From assembly GCA_964544885.1 (NCBI GenBank), contig CAZJDX010000005.1, forward strand, positions 19,862 to 83,861: a stretch of 64,000 nucleotides of DNA, in the 5' to 3' direction. Made by a program: the position numbers and the translations under genes. This DNA comes from an uncultured Flavobacteriales bacterium (GTDB lineage: Bacteria > Bacteroidota > Bacteroidia > AKYH767-A > 2013-40CM-41-45). The notes below the pieces were generated by a model that searched no databases, had not been told where the DNA came from, and worked only from the letters and a program-made list of their open reading frames with translations. Shown here in pieces: positions 1 through 9,313 of this stretch. Each line of letters opens with the position of its first letter. Positions within the stretch are counted from its first letter, which is position 1.

Positions 1-236
1 CAGTTAGTATCAGTATTGATAATCCAGAATTATACTCAGATTATTTCCCGCAATTCCGTGATTACTTAGCGAAACAATTATGCAAGGCATGAAGAATTCG
101 TTTGAACCGGAGTTTCCTGGATAAACCGTCTGTTTTATGATAAAATTACTTATTAAGATCTTCTGCAAAATCGATTTAATCTGGAAACCTGATTATTGTC
201 TGAAGATGTATTTAGTTGAATCAGCTTCTTGATTTC

Positions 237-977
237 ATGAAATTATTATCAAAGAATGTTTTAATCACCGGCGCTGCAAATGGTATTGGTATGTCCATTG
301 CGGAAAGGCTCTGTCATGAAGGCTATACCTGTATCTTGCTTGATGTGGATGTTGAGAAAGGCAACGAAGTGGCACAGCTCCTTGGTCATCAAGCGCACTT
401 TATAAAATGTGATATCAGTAATGAAAAGAATGTCAGACAGGTCTTTTCAGACATCATTGACAGATTCGGCAGTATTGATGTACTTGTAAACAATGCGGGT
501 ATTATTCGTGATAATGTAATTTGGAAAATGCCTTCAGAGGATTTTGATGCAGTAATCAATGTAAATCTGAAAGGTACGTGGCTCATGTGTCGTGAAGCTG
601 CCATTCAGATGAGAAAGCAAAGGCAGGGAAGAATAGTAAATATTTCAAGCCGGGCATGGTTGGGAAATGCCGGCCAGTCGAATTATGCCGCATCTAAAGC
701 CGGAGTAGTAAGCCTGACAAGAGTACTTGCTCTGGAACTTGGAAAATACGGAATATTGGTCAATGCTATTGCGCCTGGCCTGATTAACACTCCTCTTTCC
801 CAAAACCTCACAGAGGTGGTAAAAGAAAAGCTGTTAAATGCCCAGCCCACAAAGAGTATGGGTGAACCGGAGGATGTCGCCCAGGTGGTTGCGTTTCTTT
901 GTGATGAAAGAACGAGATTCATCACCGGTCAGACAATATATATCGATGGTGGAAAAAATATTGGCGCCGGCTTATGA
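237..977 (+). CDS. Short-chain dehydrogenase/reductase (SDR), 3-oxoacyl-ACP reductase-like
   Basis: Glycine-rich NAD(P)-binding motif LITGAANGIG near the N-terminus and the catalytic YAASK motif. The ORF track starts at 216; ATG at 237 (MKLLSK...) gives a typical SDR N-terminus. The stop overlaps the next start (ATGA at 974). Confidence 0.8.
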   Translation: MKLLSKNVLITGAANGIGMSIAERLCHEGYTCILLDVDVEKGNEVAQLLGHQAHFIKCDISNEKNVRQVFSDIIDRFGSIDVLVNNAGIIRDNVIWKMPSEDFDAVINVNLKGTWLMCREAAIQMRKQRQGRIVNISSRAWLGNAGQSNYAASKAGVVSLTRVLALELGKYGILVNAIAPGLINTPLSQNLTEVVKEKLLNAQPTKSMGEPEDVAQVVAFLCDERTRFITGQTIYIDGGKNIGAGL

Positions 978-2215
978 AGGGAATCGTCATACCTGAATTG
1001 CTTGCACCTTGCGGATCCTGGGAGTCACTTCAGGCTGCAATCCAGGCTGGTTGTAATTCAATTTATTTCGGAATTGAGCATTTGAATATGCGGAGCTGCT
1101 CAAGCATTAATTTTACACTTGATGATTTAGAACGTATTTCTGCAATTTCCGGAGAGCATGGAGTAAAAACCTGTTTAACACTGAATACGGTAATGTATGA
1201 TCATGACCTCAGTCTGATGCGTAGCATTGTTGATGCGGCGAAGAAATGCCGTATTGACGCGATCATTGCCTCAGATGTTGCCGTGATGAATTATGCAAGG
1301 AAGAGGGGAATGCCGGTTCATATTTCTACACAGGCTAACATAACAAATATTGATTCGGTTCAGTTTTACTCCATGTTTGCAGATGTTGTTGTATTGGCGC
1401 GTGAACTTACCCTGATCCAGGTTGAAAGTATTGTGAAGGACATAGATCGTGGTAATATTACCGGTCCGTCAGGAAAGAAAATTCAGGTGGAGATTTTTGC
1501 ACATGGAGCCTTGTGTATGGCAGTCTCCGGCAAGTGCTATCTGAGTTTACACTCCGATTTTGCTTCGGCAAATCGCGGAGCCTGTGTGCAAAATTGCCGG
1601 AGAAATTATATCGTTATTGATAAGGAGAGCGGAAATGAGCTGGAAGTATCGAATGAATACATCATGTCTGCAAAGGATTTATGTACGATAGATTTTCTGG
1701 ATCGCTTGGTTAATAGCGGCGTTTCGGTAATTAAAATTGAAGGGAGAGGACGAAGCGAAGATTATGTGTATACTACAACAAAGTGCTACCGGGAAGCGCT
1801 GGATTCCATCTCTGCAGGTACTTATTCAGATGAAAAATTAAAAGTATGGAAAGAAAACCTTTCCAGAGTATTTAACCGGGGATTCTGGGATGGATATTAT
1901 TTAGGAAGAAAAATGGGTGAATGGAATGACAGTTATGGTTCTAAAGCCACTACAAAGAAAGTTTATGTCGCTAAAGGCGTAAAGTATTTTTCCGGTATAG
2001 GTGTTGCTGAATTTAAAATGGAATCCCAAACGTTAAAAGTCGGCGATGAATTTCTGGTAAGTGGTCCTACTACCGGTGTATTACAGGATACGGTTCATGA
2101 ACTTAGAATGGAAGAGATACAATGCGGTCAGGTTAAAAAAGGCGATGTGTTTTCTATGCCTGTCAAGAGTAAAATCAGGCCTTCCGATAAGTTATATAAG
2201 TTAGTCAGAAGTTGA
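974..2215 (+). CDS. Peptidase U32 family protein (TrhP/RlhA/UbiU-like Fe-S hydroxylase homologue)
   Basis: 413 aa. U32 hallmarks: N-terminal ELLAPCGSWESLQAAIQAGCNSIYFG and the Cys cluster CMAVSGKCYLS...ANRGACVQNCRR typical of the 4Fe-4S site of U32 proteins. Confidence 0.85.
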   Translation: MKGIVIPELLAPCGSWESLQAAIQAGCNSIYFGIEHLNMRSCSSINFTLDDLERISAISGEHGVKTCLTLNTVMYDHDLSLMRSIVDAAKKCRIDAIIASDVAVMNYARKRGMPVHISTQANITNIDSVQFYSMFADVVVLARELTLIQVESIVKDIDRGNITGPSGKKIQVEIFAHGALCMAVSGKCYLSLHSDFASANRGACVQNCRRNYIVIDKESGNELEVSNEYIMSAKDLCTIDFLDRLVNSGVSVIKIEGRGRSEDYVYTTTKCYREALDSISAGTYSDEKLKVWKENLSRVFNRGFWDGYYLGRKMGEWNDSYGSKATTKKVYVAKGVKYFSGIGVAEFKMESQTLKVGDEFLVSGPTTGVLQDTVHELRMEEIQCGQVKKGDVFSMPVKSKIRPSDKLYKLVRS

Positions 2216-2439
2216 TACGTGTCTTTCATTTTCAGTCCGCTTGTATTGGATGTAATGCCTGCGTTGAAGCGGACATGAACAGATGGCGCATGTCTCACCG
2301 GAACGGGAAAAGTGTTCTCCTTGGTTCAAAGTCTGTCAATGGTATTTACAGAATTGAAGTAGGCAATGATGAATGGGATAATATTGTAAAGGCAGTCACA
2401 AATTGTCCGGTAAAGGTCATTAAGGCGGAATTAATATAA
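2212..2439 (+). CDS. Small single-cluster ferredoxin (CxxCxxC...CP)
   Basis: 75 aa, CIGCNAC at residues 11-17 plus a distal NCPV (C65). TTG start overlapping the U32 stop (gTTGA). No in-frame ATG/GTG lies upstream of the first Cys, so the TTG start is required if the protein is real. Confidence 0.55.
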   Translation: MIRVFHFQSACIGCNACVEADMNRWRMSHRNGKSVLLGSKSVNGIYRIEVGNDEWDNIVKAVTNCPVKVIKAELI

Positions 2440-2569
2440 TAGCCTGGCTTTCCACCTTAATGCCTGCGTTCCGGACATTGATTGAACAACCTGAATTTAT
2501 TATTTATGAATAGTGACCTATATCATATTCTTTTAAACCGATAGATCTCACATTTGATATACAATAGAT

Positions 2570-5350
2570 ATGAAGACTATCAGCCTGATCATTAATAAGA
2601 AGAAACAGTTTTTTTTGGTAGATGATACTGAATCTTTGGCTGCCGTCATTCGTGAAAAAGCCGGGCTCACAGGCACCAAAGTCGGATGTTCTCAGGGAAG
2701 TTGTGGAGCCTGTACAGTCCTTGCAAACGAACAACCGGTACTTAGTTGCATCACTCCGGCAGTCCGGTTTGATGGGATGGAAGTTCAGACCATCGAGGGT
2801 CTGTCAGAGAATGGGTCACCCGATTTGCTGCAGGAGTTGTTTGTTAGACATGGCGCAATTCAGTGTGGATTTTGTACACCGGGTATGATTATGACAGCAA
2901 AGGATTTTGTGGACAATAATCCTGATGCAGACAGGGAGGAAATTAAAGAAGCCTTGTCAGGGAATCTCTGCCGGTGCACAGGGTATAAAAAAATTATTGA
3001 TGCGGTTACAGACTATGCGGAAATGAAATTGAAGGGTGATTCCGTATTGCCTGTAGAGAAAGATAATGGCATGATTATCGGCAAGGGCCGGCCATATATT
3101 GAAGCTGAAAGGAAAGCCAAGGGTACAGCCATGTATGCCGATGACCTCCATTTTAGTAATATGCTGTATTGTAAGTTTCATAGAAGCATTCATGCGCATG
3201 CATTGATCGAAAGTATAGATACGTCCTTAGCGGAAGCTTTGGAAGGGGTTGTTTCAGTAGTAACCGGCGTTGAATTACCTGAGAAGTTTGGCGTTTTGCC
3301 TGTTTCACAGGATGAAACGGCAATGGCTATTGAAAAAACCAGGTATCTGGGTGAAATTGTGGCTGCTGTGGCCGCTGAAACAGCTGCCATCGCAGAAGAA
3401 GCCTGCCGGCTGATTAGAGTGAAGTATAAACCTCTCAGGACTTACTTTAGTATTGAAGATTCCTTGCAGGATTTAGGAGACGACCCCAAAATACATGAGC
3501 ATTGTAAATTCAATAATAATATACACAAGAAAGCGGAATTGCGTTTTGGAAATCAGGAGGAGGGATTCAGAACTTCTGAAACGGTTTCGGAAATGCAATT
3601 TGAATTTGAAGGGGTATCGCATGCTTTTACCGAGCCACATTCGGCTACTGCATACTGGGATGAAAACGGATTAACTCTTCATACTGCAACACAGGTACCT
3701 CATTACCTGCACAGGGCCTTGGCTAAAGTATTGAAGGTGCCGCTCAGCGCTGTAAGAATCATAAAACCAATTGTAGGAGGAGGATTTGGAGGTAAAAGTG
3801 ACCCTTTCCCGCATGAGATGATTGTCTCGCACCTCGCCCGAAAGACCGGAAGACCGGTCAGGGCTACGTTAACTCGGGAAGAAGTGTTTTTAAGCAACCA
3901 TGGACGGCATCCGTCAAGGATAAAAATGAAAATGGGCGCTGACAAAAACGGGAAATTAAATGTTCTTGATGCTGATATTGCCATTGATGGTGGAGCTTAT
4001 GGCAGTTTCGGAGTGGTTACCTCATATTATAACGGTGTTTTGCTTCAGGCTCCTTATCAAATAGAAAATTTCGGATTTCGCACCTACAGGACTTATACAA
4101 ACAAACCACAATGTGGCGCCATGCGGGGGCATGGCGCTGTAAATTCTCGCTTTGCCGTAGAAACTCTCATTGATGATCTGGCTTATAAATCTAATATTGA
4201 CCCATGCGAACTAAGATTTAAAAATTTCTATTCTGATAACGTTAATACTATTGGGCAATTTCGAATAACTTCCAATGGTAGCCGTATGGCTCTTGATGCA
4301 GTCATGCAAAAATCGGGATGGAAGGAAAGGAGAGGGAACTTACCGAAGGGCAGAGGTTTAGGTGTGGGGTGTGGATTTTTTATCAGCGGCAGCGCGCTGC
4401 CAATTATTTGGAACGATTATCCTCAGACCGTCGTTCATCTGAAACTGGATTTCGACGGAAGAGTACTGGTTTCTTCCGGGGCAAGTGATATTGGACAGGG
4501 AAGCGACACTATGCTGGCTATGGTGGTGGCTGAAACCCTGGGAATAGATATGCAAAAGGTTTATGTTTTGTCTGCCGACACATTACTCACACCGGTCGAT
4601 CTGGGCAGCTATTCAAGCCGGGTCACTTTTATGTGTGGTAATGCGGCCAAATCAGCTGCGACCAAATTAAAGGACGAAATTATTCAATCCGTCTCGAAAC
4701 ATTTTATGGTACAAGTAGATGAATTATATATTGACCGGAGCAGGTTATATTCAAATAATAAAAAGATCGATCTTGACTGGTTAGAGGTAGTAGAGATCGC
4801 TACAGCGCATAGAGGAGCACTGACCGTCAGTGGTCATTACACATCGCCAAAATTGGGTGGCGATTTTAAAGGAGCCGGTGCAGGTTTGAGTCCTTCCTAC
4901 AGCTTTGGTGCATGTATTGCTGAAGTCGATGTTAATATGAAAACAGGATTGGTCGATGTAAGGCATATCTGGGGTGCACATGATTGCGGGAAAGCGCTGA
5001 ATCCTCTGGCGGTTGAAGGTCAATTGGAAGGTTCCTGGCACATGGGAACAGGTCAGGCCATAAGCGAAGAGATGAAGTATTTCAATGGCTTGCTCCTGAA
5101 CAATAATTTTTGTGATTATAAAATTCCATCTTCATTAGACACACCTGAGATGGATGTCAACATTATTGAGTCATATGATCCTGAAGGTCCGTTTGGTGCA
5201 AAGGAATGCGGTGAAGGCGCGCTTCATCCGGTAATTCCTGCAATTGCCAATGCTATTTTTAATGCGACAGGCGTTAGGATCACTAAACTGCCGATAAAGG
5301 CGGATGATGTATTGGATAAGATCAAAACCAATTTGAAAATGGAGCAGTAG
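2570..5350 (+). CDS. Xanthine dehydrogenase/aldehyde oxidase family molybdenum hydroxylase, 2Fe-2S domain fused to molybdopterin-binding subunit
   Basis: 926 aa. N-terminal [2Fe-2S] motifs GCSQGSCGACTV and CGFCTPGMIM...CRCTGY, followed by the a/b hammerhead and MoCo-binding large-subunit body. Active-site-like KECGEGA near the C-terminus. Confidence 0.85.
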   Translation: MKTISLIINKKKQFFLVDDTESLAAVIREKAGLTGTKVGCSQGSCGACTVLANEQPVLSCITPAVRFDGMEVQTIEGLSENGSPDLLQELFVRHGAIQCGFCTPGMIMTAKDFVDNNPDADREEIKEALSGNLCRCTGYKKIIDAVTDYAEMKLKGDSVLPVEKDNGMIIGKGRPYIEAERKAKGTAMYADDLHFSNMLYCKFHRSIHAHALIESIDTSLAEALEGVVSVVTGVELPEKFGVLPVSQDETAMAIEKTRYLGEIVAAVAAETAAIAEEACRLIRVKYKPLRTYFSIEDSLQDLGDDPKIHEHCKFNNNIHKKAELRFGNQEEGFRTSETVSEMQFEFEGVSHAFTEPHSATAYWDENGLTLHTATQVPHYLHRALAKVLKVPLSAVRIIKPIVGGGFGGKSDPFPHEMIVSHLARKTGRPVRATLTREEVFLSNHGRHPSRIKMKMGADKNGKLNVLDADIAIDGGAYGSFGVVTSYYNGVLLQAPYQIENFGFRTYRTYTNKPQCGAMRGHGAVNSRFAVETLIDDLAYKSNIDPCELRFKNFYSDNVNTIGQFRITSNGSRMALDAVMQKSGWKERRGNLPKGRGLGVGCGFFISGSALPIIWNDYPQTVVHLKLDFDGRVLVSSGASDIGQGSDTMLAMVVAETLGIDMQKVYVLSADTLLTPVDLGSYSSRVTFMCGNAAKSAATKLKDEIIQSVSKHFMVQVDELYIDRSRLYSNNKKIDLDWLEVVEIATAHRGALTVSGHYTSPKLGGDFKGAGAGLSPSYSFGACIAEVDVNMKTGLVDVRHIWGAHDCGKALNPLAVEGQLEGSWHMGTGQAISEEMKYFNGLLLNNNFCDYKIPSSLDTPEMDVNIIESYDPEGPFGAKECGEGALHPVIPAIANAIFNATGVRITKLPIKADDVLDKIKTNLKMEQ

Positions 5351-5358
5351 AAATATAA

Positions 5359-6306
5359 ATGAAATCCATGAAAACAAGCACAGTGGGATATTGCAAAGTA
5401 GAAACCCTTGAGGAAGCCTTGCATCAGATGCAGAGTGTACCAAATGCCATTTTTGTTGCGGGTGGTACAGATGCCTTTGTGAATAGAGAGCAGGGCAATT
5501 TGGAAGCACGGAATTTAATCGACATTTCAGGAGTAAAAAGTCTTAAAACGATTTCAAGTATTGAAAACGAGCTGGTAATCGGCGCTCTAATCACGCTTGA
5601 GACAATTGTTAATTCAACTGAAATATCAGCAAGTTTTCCGGCTCTGGCAGTAGCGGCAAGATCTGTAGCGACGCCTGTAATCCGAAAAACTGCGACTATC
5701 GGGGGCAATATACTATGTGAGAACCGTTGTTCATTTTATAATCAAAGTGAATGGTGGCGCAGAGCGGTAGGCTATTGTCTGAAATGTAGCGGTGATATTT
5801 GCATTGCTACAGGAGGTAAAAAAAGCTGCTTTTCAAAATACGTAAGTGACACAGCTCCGGTGTTAATTGCATACCGGTCAATGGTCACCCTGATGAATTC
5901 CCGGATGGAAAAAGTCCTACCGCTTGAAACGATTTTCAGCGGTGATGGTGTGAAACCTGTTTCCTTCGAAAAGGATACGCTCTTAAAAAGTATTCATATA
6001 CCGAAAGCAAATATCCGCGTGGTATTTAAGAAATTGAGGCCCAGGAAATCACTTGATTTCACTTCGCTTACAACTGCTGTATCCTTGGATGAAAAGCAAA
6101 ATCTTCGCATTGTAGTAGGTGGCGTAGATCCGAAACCAGTTGTAGTGGATGGTAACCTGAGTAATGGCGATCTGGATACTTTAAAATCAACTGCATACAG
6201 GAAGCCACGTGTTGTTGACAATGATTTTTATCCAAGACAATACCGGAAGGAAATGATCAAAGTATTTATAGAAGAAAGCTTATCGGAACTGAGTATAGGC
6301 GTATAA
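5359..6306 (+). CDS. Molybdopterin dehydrogenase FAD-binding subunit (CoxM/XdhB-like)
   Basis: 315 aa, AIFVAGGTDAFV FAD-binding motif, 8 bp after the Mo-subunit stop. Confidence 0.8.
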   Translation: MKSMKTSTVGYCKVETLEEALHQMQSVPNAIFVAGGTDAFVNREQGNLEARNLIDISGVKSLKTISSIENELVIGALITLETIVNSTEISASFPALAVAARSVATPVIRKTATIGGNILCENRCSFYNQSEWWRRAVGYCLKCSGDICIATGGKKSCFSKYVSDTAPVLIAYRSMVTLMNSRMEKVLPLETIFSGDGVKPVSFEKDTLLKSIHIPKANIRVVFKKLRPRKSLDFTSLTTAVSLDEKQNLRIVVGGVDPKPVVVDGNLSNGDLDTLKSTAYRKPRVVDNDFYPRQYRKEMIKVFIEESLSELSIGV

Positions 6307-6338
6307 AGAATATTTACAAACTAAGTTAAAATTTCAAC

Positions 6339-6854
6339 ATGAAAAAAGCTATCGAAGTACTCAATAAGGAGCATCAGAAAATTAAGATGGTGCTTGAGAA
6401 GACAAAACAATTATTTTCAGAGATTGTATCCGGTCAGAAGAAACTAGATGAATTAAATGATATGATTGTTTTTTTCAGAAAGTATGCTGATAGTTATCAT
6501 CACCATAAAGAAGAGGAAATCCTATTTCCCGAAATGTTGAAAAAGAATGAGATGCTTCAATTTGGGATCATTCATGAAATGCTTCAAAACCACGAGGATT
6601 TTCGGGAGATGCTTTCTGATATTGAAGAGCAAGTTGCTATTGGAAATGCGAATTTGGCTCAGCAGAAGTTTAATGTTTATGAAAAAGCATTGCTGGAACA
6701 TATCGCGGTAGAGGATGATGAACTATTTCAAATTGCGGAAACCCTGCTCAGTGAAGATGAGCTCACAACAGTGCTGTATCTTTTTGAGGATTGCGACAGG
6801 GAATTAGGCATGGATGAAAAGTTAAATCTGGAAACTAAATATTTACCCGGTTAA
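6339..6854 (+). CDS. Hemerythrin-like (HHE cation-binding) domain protein
   Basis: 171 aa with spaced H/E ligand motifs (YHHHKEEEILFPEM, HEMLQNHEDFREML, EHIAVEDDELF). Confidence 0.7.
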   Translation: MKKAIEVLNKEHQKIKMVLEKTKQLFSEIVSGQKKLDELNDMIVFFRKYADSYHHHKEEEILFPEMLKKNEMLQFGIIHEMLQNHEDFREMLSDIEEQVAIGNANLAQQKFNVYEKALLEHIAVEDDELFQIAETLLSEDELTTVLYLFEDCDRELGMDEKLNLETKYLPG

Positions 6855-6901
6855 TTTGACTGGGTACTTTTGAGGGAGTGTAAATTAAAGCTATTTCTTA
6901 G

Positions 6902-7297
6902 GGACTTGGTATTTGCGATGAGGTTGCAAATGGGAAAATGTTTGAACCCTTTGCCGGTTTGGATCCATCGCTTGAAGAATCTCCTTTCAGTAAGAATTCA
7001 CTTACTGATTTTAAAAATAATATCAGCGGTGTTAAAAATGTTTATTACGGAGATTTCATATTGGATGGAACAGGATTCAATGATTTCTTAATTAAGAATA
7101 ATGCTTCATTACATTCTGCCATCAGTAACCAGATCAACAACGCGATCATCTCCTTTGACGGAATTAGCGTACCTTTCGGAGAAGCTATTATAAGTCAGAG
7201 AACACAGGTGCAACATGTAATGGATCAGATCAATATCCTGAAGACTACTCTTGAAACACAAGCCCTGCCCTTTATACAGCAGTCTGTAACCGAATAA
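6902..7297 (+). pseudogene. Truncated imelysin (IrpA/peptidase M75)-like C-terminal remnant
   Basis: Open frame limited by a TAG at 6899-6901. First ATG at 6938 gives only 119 aa, and there is no room (83 bp gap to the hemerythrin stop) for the ~250 aa N-terminal part. The ESPFSKNSLTDFKNNISG...ISFDGISVPFGEAI pattern and the position immediately upstream of a DUF1111 di-haem gene match the usual imelysin-DUF1111 pairing. Confidence 0.35.
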
Positions 7298-7301
7298 CTG
7301 A

Positions 7302-8687
7302 TTGACATCCTTAACGAAATATACTCTGTCCATCACCTGCATGCTTGCCTTCATGCTGGTTGCTTCATGTCGTAAGGCGGAGCCCTTTGAGGAGGAGGAT
7401 ATGGATGAAAGATTATCCGGAGGAGTTCAGACTGTTTTCTCTGATGGCGTCGGTGCATTTTCTGAAGCTTTTCCAACCCTCAGCGAGAGCAGGATGGAAT
7501 TTCATGAATTGGGAGATGCGCACTTTGAAGCCACTTTTGTAGCAGCACCGGCACCGATCTTTCAGGGTTTAGGCACCATCTATAATAGTAATGCCTGTGT
7601 TAACTGCCACATTAATGACGGACGAGGAAAACCTATCCTGAGCAATGAACCCTTAAGCAGCATGTTATTTCGAATAAGTGTTCCGGGCACCGGAATGAAT
7701 GGTGAACCGAAAGCCGTTCCGGGTTTCGGCGGTCAACTTCAGGATAAATCCGTTTTTGGTTATCAGCCGGAGGCCGGTGTAACGGTCAGTTGGAATGAGT
7801 TTCCGGTTTTTTTCAATGACGGAGATTCGGTAATACTGCGTGAACCGCATTGGAATCTCACAAATCCATACATCCCTTTTCCTTCGGGAGTAATGATTTC
7901 AGCAAGGGTCGCGCCTCCTGTCCACGGACTGGGTTTACTTGAACAGGTTGATGAGTCCACGCTTCGCTCGTTTGAAGATGTGCATGACGCTGACGGAGAC
8001 GGTATCTCTGGTAAGCTGAACGAGGTATGGGATGAAAAAAGAAGAAGGATGATGCCAGGCAGATTTGGATGGAAGGCCGAGGCGGCAACGATGGATCAGC
8101 AGATCGCAGGCGCCTATAATGAGGACATGGGTGTTACTAGCAATATTTTGAAAACTGAAAGCAGCTTTGGCCAGATTCAATTCGACGGCAGGTCGGATGA
8201 ACCCGAAGTTCCAGACAGTATTTTGGACGCGGTAGTCTTTTATGTACAAACTCTGGCAGTCCCTGCAAGACGCAAGGTGACAGATCCTGCTGTGATAAGG
8301 GGGAAGGAAATTTTTAGTGCGGCCAATTGCAGCAAGTGCCATATCCCCAGGATGAAGACAGGAACAAATGTCGCTTTCCCGGAAGCATCCAATCAGCTCA
8401 TTCGTCCTTATACTGATCTTCTCCTGCACGACATGGGTCCGGGACTTTCAGATAATCGTCCTGCTTTTCTTGCACAGGGCAGTGAATGGCGTACGCCACC
8501 ATTGTGGGGGATTGGTTTAACGCAGTTGGTAAACGGACATAATTTTTATCTCCACGACGGCAGAGCCCGCAGTCTGATGGAAGCAATCATGTGGCATGGA
8601 GGAGAAGCTGAGGTTTCAGTGGATTATGTGAAGTCTTTAAGTAAATCCGACAGGGATGCCTTGCTGGCATTTTTAAGATCCCTTTAA
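7302..8687 (+). CDS. Di-haem cytochrome c peroxidase-like lipoprotein (DUF1111/'thiol oxidoreductase' type)
   Basis: 461 aa, lipoprotein signal (LAFMLVASC). Two CxxCH haem motifs (CVNCH at ~aa 100, CSKCH at ~aa 345) with the long spacing typical of DUF1111 rather than CCP/MauG. Confidence 0.7.
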   Translation: MTSLTKYTLSITCMLAFMLVASCRKAEPFEEEDMDERLSGGVQTVFSDGVGAFSEAFPTLSESRMEFHELGDAHFEATFVAAPAPIFQGLGTIYNSNACVNCHINDGRGKPILSNEPLSSMLFRISVPGTGMNGEPKAVPGFGGQLQDKSVFGYQPEAGVTVSWNEFPVFFNDGDSVILREPHWNLTNPYIPFPSGVMISARVAPPVHGLGLLEQVDESTLRSFEDVHDADGDGISGKLNEVWDEKRRRMMPGRFGWKAEAATMDQQIAGAYNEDMGVTSNILKTESSFGQIQFDGRSDEPEVPDSILDAVVFYVQTLAVPARRKVTDPAVIRGKEIFSAANCSKCHIPRMKTGTNVAFPEASNQLIRPYTDLLLHDMGPGLSDNRPAFLAQGSEWRTPPLWGIGLTQLVNGHNFYLHDGRARSLMEAIMWHGGEAEVSVDYVKSLSKSDRDALLAFLRSL

Positions 8688-8791
8688 TTCATTCAGGATT
8701 CGTTAAGCTTTACAAAAACGAACCTGATTTTTACTTTTCGATGGCATGACGGTAAATTATGTTTGAACTGCGAGGATAAATTCAGTTAAAT

Positions 8792-9313
8792 TTGCAGTTA
8801 ATGAAAGTTTATTACAGATCCCTGCTTCTTGTCGTGTTTTCGCTGCTTCAGATGTCTGAAGTCGAAGCGCAGCAAAGAGAAGTAGAACTCGGAATTGACG
8901 GACTTACTTGTTCCATGTGCTCAAGGAGCACGGAGATGTCGGTCAGGAAGCTTGATTTTATTTCGGATGTAATTATGGACCTCGAACACACGACTGCAAG
9001 GATTATCCTGAAAGACGGTGCGAAAGTATCCTATGAATTAATCGGAAAAGCCGTGAGGGATGCAGGTTTTTCAGTCAGGTATCTGGGCCTGATGCTGGAT
9101 CCCGGACAACCACAACTGAATACCGGTGATTGTATTTCTCAAGATGAGAAAACCTATAAGTACATCGGTGAACAGATTATAAATGACAGTGGTGGAATGA
9201 AGTTCAGGATAGTCGCAAAAGGCTTGATGCCCATGAAAGAATTAAGAAAGTGGACGGAGATGATCAAGCAAGGCTGCGCTGATACGGAGCGAACAATCTT
9301 TGTGATACAATGA
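8792..9313 (+). CDS. Secreted HMA-like (heavy-metal-associated fold) protein
   Basis: Signal peptide, then VELGIDGLTCSMCSRS...AKVSYELIGKAVRDAGFSV, which resembles an HMA ferredoxin-like fold with a CxxC metal site. The start could be the internal ATG (MKVYY...). Confidence 0.45.
   Translation: MQLMKVYYRSLLLVVFSLLQMSEVEAQQREVELGIDGLTCSMCSRSTEMSVRKLDFISDVIMDLEHTTARIILKDGAKVSYELIGKAVRDAGFSVRYLGLMLDPGQPQLNTGDCISQDEKTYKYIGEQIINDSGGMKFRIVAKGLMPMKELRKWTEMIKQGCADTERTIFVIQ

Noticed and set aside
6870-7091. 73-aa + strand ORF overlapping the imelysin-like remnant in another frame.
   Set aside because: It overlaps the frame that carries recognisable imelysin-like sequence and has no features of its own.
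7935-8429. 164-aa minus-strand ORF overlapping the DUF1111 di-haem gene.
   Set aside because: Fully embedded antisense in a gene with clear CxxCH motifs and lipoprotein signal. No recognisable features. Typical shadow ORF.
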